From Azolla caroliniana (Eukaryota; Plantae; Polypodiophyta): 64,000 bases of DNA. Numbering within the stretch: position 1 is the first letter of the stretch; every line of letters starts with the position of its first letter. Made by a program: the position numbers and the translations under genes. The stretch is from positions 18,166,001 to 18,230,000 of the forward strand of contig JBHGNT010000002.1 of assembly GCA_043228905.1 (NCBI GenBank), written 5' to 3'. This document shows, piece after piece, positions 60,987 to 64,000 of the stretch. The notes under the pieces were generated by a model. It was given only the letters and a program-made list of their open reading frames with translations. It did no database searches and was not told the DNA's origin.

Positions 60987-63113
60987 ATGAGGGGGTCGGA
61001 TCTTGCAGAGGCCATGGCTTCGGCCGTGGACCGGATAATGAGCGTGCGCGAGGGCACCGGCGCCCTTGACAGGGCTATTGAGGCGATCGTCGGTATGAAC
61101 GGCCGGTTCAGTGGAAAGGATGCCACGAGGTATTTGGCGTCCTACCAGGCGGAGATGTTGATGAGGGATATTCCGGAAGAGAGGCGTCTTGCCGGATTCC
61201 CTTGAGTGGCGATGCCAGGCATCGATGCGGAGGTGCTCGGGGTCCGGGCAGAGAGCCGGACCTGGGAGGAGTTCGAAGGACGGCTCTTGGAGAAATACGG
61301 GTTGAATGACGTGCTTGAACTTTCGAAGCAGGGCTTCATGGAGTGGGTGGAGTCCCCCAACAAAGGAAGAAATGCGTCGGTACTCCTCCGGGAGTTTGAG
61401 GAACGCTTTGCGCGCCTTTCAGCGCTCGATCGGACCGTTCTGGACACAAGTTGTGTCCTACTGTTTGTCAAATCGGTTGACGCACGGGATCGGGGGCAAG
61501 TGGGCTCCTTACTGGAAACCGAAGACGGACTGACGGCCGACTGGGCCACGGTAAAAAGAGTCTGCGACCGTTTTAACAAACGGTGGGAGTGGGCTGATAC
61601 AGAGGCGACCGGGGCGGGACCTGTCGCAGCAAGGAAGCTCGAACCGATACCGGAGGCACGACGGGAAGAGACCCGGGAGTGGCTCGAAACCGGTTCGGCT
61701 TCGACCGGCGTGGTCAGAGGCTCATCCGGGGGAACAACTTTGGAGGAGTTGACACAAGTGGTTAAGGATCTCCAGATCGCCCAGGCTCGGAGGGAGGGCG
61801 GCGATCAAGCTTGTGACCGACGGCCTCCGGCAGGAAATAGGTGCATGTGGTGCGACGAGGTCGGCCACATCCGGAAAGACTGCGGGGACTTTGCGGAGGC
61901 TTTGAGAAGCCGAGTAGTGTACCTGTGGGAAGGTCAGGTGCACGCCAGCGATACCCGGAGGGCCCTGAATCGAAACGACGGGCGAGGAGGAATGAAAAGG
62001 CTGATGGAAGAGGCGGCGGCCCGGCACGCGGAGACCGTCTACTACTCAGTGTCAGCCGGTATTCGGGTCGGAGGCAGCGAGGCCCGGAAGGAGAGCAAAG
62101 CCGGGTTCTGGCCGACGGTGCTGGAAGGCCTCGCCGGTGCCCGACTAAAGAAAGACGAGGCGGACCGCGCGGAGAAGCGGGTCCAGGAGGTAACCGGGTC
62201 GAGTGACTCGGTCGAAGAAAAGACGGGTTTCGTCGAAGCAGCTTGCTAGAACTACGAGGCTCTGGTTGAAGACAAACGGGTAGATAAAACCGGAGGGGTC
62301 GGACCCTCGCAGAGATACGAAACCCGATTCGGGTCAAAACGGAACGAGGCCGGTGAGTCCAGTGCCCGGGACAACCACAAGAAGGGCGGATACCATTTGG
62401 GCACGGAGATCGAAAGGACCACGGACCTACGAAAGGTCCTGGAAGGACAAATCCTCGACAGCAAGGTGGAACTGTCGTTGCGGGAGGTGCTCAGAATCGC
62501 CAAGAAGGAGTTCCACGACTCCATCGTAGACTTGGTAAAGAGGAAGAGGCTGTCGACGGAGGCAGAACCGGAAAGGCCGGTGGAGGTGCGGACGACACAC
62601 ATAGAGGACATGGCACTGGAAGACGAGTGGGCGGAGAGCCACTATTCGAGGCCACACTGGGCCCGAGCGACCACAGAAAGCCCGGTGAAGATCGGAGATG
62701 TTCAGGAACCGGTGGTGGCGCTGGTAGACCACGGTTCGGAAATAAACCTGATGTCCATGGACTTCTACAAAAAGGGGAAATGGGCGATCAACACCAAGCA
62801 CGGGTGGAAGATACGGGCGGCGACGCGCGCCACAGAGGAACTACACGGGGCCTGCCCAAACGTGCGAGTCAAGATCGGCGACGTCGAGATAGACCAACAC
62901 TTCTTTGTGCAGGAGACGTCCTCGCACCTGGTCATACTAGGAGAACCGTACATTACGGCAACACGGATGGAGACCAAGGTGCTGGACAACGGGTCGGCTT
63001 ACGTGAGGGTCAAGAGTCAGGACGGGCGTCATTCAGTCCAGTTCCTGACGGTGCGACCGAACCATGAGCGAAACCGCAAGTCCCTCAGTGGCGAGAACCG
63101 AGAGGATTTTTAG
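60987..63113 (+). pseudogene. gag + zinc knuckle + aspartic protease ORF1 with two premature stops
   Basis: The ORFs at 60960, 61206 and 62397 share one frame, broken by TGA (61203-61205) and TAG (62247-62249); CMWCDEVGHIRKDC and LVDHGSEINLMS motifs. Confidence 0.88.
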
Positions 63114-64000
63114 AGAGGGCTGCCAAGGCGTGGGGCCGCGACAGTCCGGACACTTCGGGAAACCCCCACAAATGTATGATAGAGACGAAACCGAAGAAGC
63201 CTTGTACCATAAGTAGGAAGTTTTGTTTCTCCGACAACTAAGGGTGTACGATAGTCGGCGTCGCTGGCCGAGAAAAGACAAGGGCGGAAGAGAGACTTTG
63301 GGCATGCGGAGTTCTCGGGCCCAGCGAAGAAATCAACGGTGCCGTGGAGGCGGTCTCCTTCGACGACACCTTGGGAATACTACGAGAGGTGGTCAGAGAG
63401 GGCCTTAAAGAGAACCGGATGATACCGGTTTGTTCAGAAGAGATGTACGAAATCATCGCGGACTTCAGTCGAGGGCTCGAGTCGGATCGGACGGCCCGGG
63501 TTAACACGAAGTATAAGACTGTGGACCGGAAGGTAAGGCCAGTCGCGGCACCCTTACCAGAGGGCAGCGAGTTGCGAATCAAGGGGGTCGCGTCAGACCC
63601 CAGTTTACGAGATCCGGCCAGCATAGGACACACCTTCACCGACAGAACGCTACGGGAGCTCAAAATCGGTGGGGGCGGGTTCCTACTGCCGGCGGAAGAA
63701 GACCGGTTTCGGAGAATGCTCGGAAGGCATGGGAAAGCCTCCTCTCACCGGGAGAGATCGGGTACGTAGACCCGACAGTCGTGAAGCTGATGGTGATATT
63801 CACGGTACCGCATGTGCCGTGGAATCTCAAACCAATTCCGGTACCGAGAGCTCACATCCCGGAGCTGATGGAGCTGTTGAGGCAGAAAGTTGATATGGGC
63901 ATCCTCGAACCGTCGAGTGCCCCGTACTCGAACCGGTGGTTTACCGTACCAAAGATGAACGGGACGTTGCACTTCATTCAAGACCTACAACCGGTCAACA
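63104..64000 (+). pseudogene. pol ORF2 N-terminus and RT start in the -1 frame (one stop, one later frameshift)
   Basis: The -1 frame runs from GGATTTT to YKTVDRKVRPVA with a single TAA (~63238); the RT motif continues after a frameshift near 63745. Confidence 0.8.

Larger units (their letters stand above)
60295..64000 (+). mobile_element. Ty3/gypsy retrotransposon with tRNA-Trp PBS (runs off the window)
   Basis: LTR starts TGTCGTG (60295), TATA at ~60470; PBS TGGTGAACCCGACGTGAA (60947-60964) is complementary to the 3' end of plant tRNA-Trp; gag-protease ORF, then RT start (LRQKVDMGILEPSSAPYSNRWFTVPKMNGTLHFIQDL). Confidence 0.92.

Overview
Eukaryotic, plant-type, transposon-dense window; the MADS gene and TE families look like a non-seed vascular plant such as a fern (inference). 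Host genes are two tandem MIKC-type MADS-box paralogs: the last two exons of one (2-559), and a complete 8-exon gene (30036-46764, 302 aa, 14.6-kb second intron). The rest is nested mobile DNA: several Ty3/gypsy families (one very young chromovirus), Ty1/copia remnants, solo LTRs, an intact two-ORF LINE sitting in a (GA)n tract about 1 kb upstream of the MADS gene, and a 48-bp minisatellite. The most unusual locus is 17153-20608. There a decayed Sola/DUF7869-like DNA transposase lies head-to-head with an intron-containing, bacterial-type beta-class amino (N6A/N4C) DNA methyltransferase pseudogene, separated by 41-bp-periodic palindromes. Other notable signals are tRNA-like Pol III A/B-box modules at a shared antisense position in several unrelated LTRs, two -1 frameshift cassettes, and an in-frame ORF1-TAG-ORF2 LINE arrangement. 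All calls are by eye; no database searches were run.
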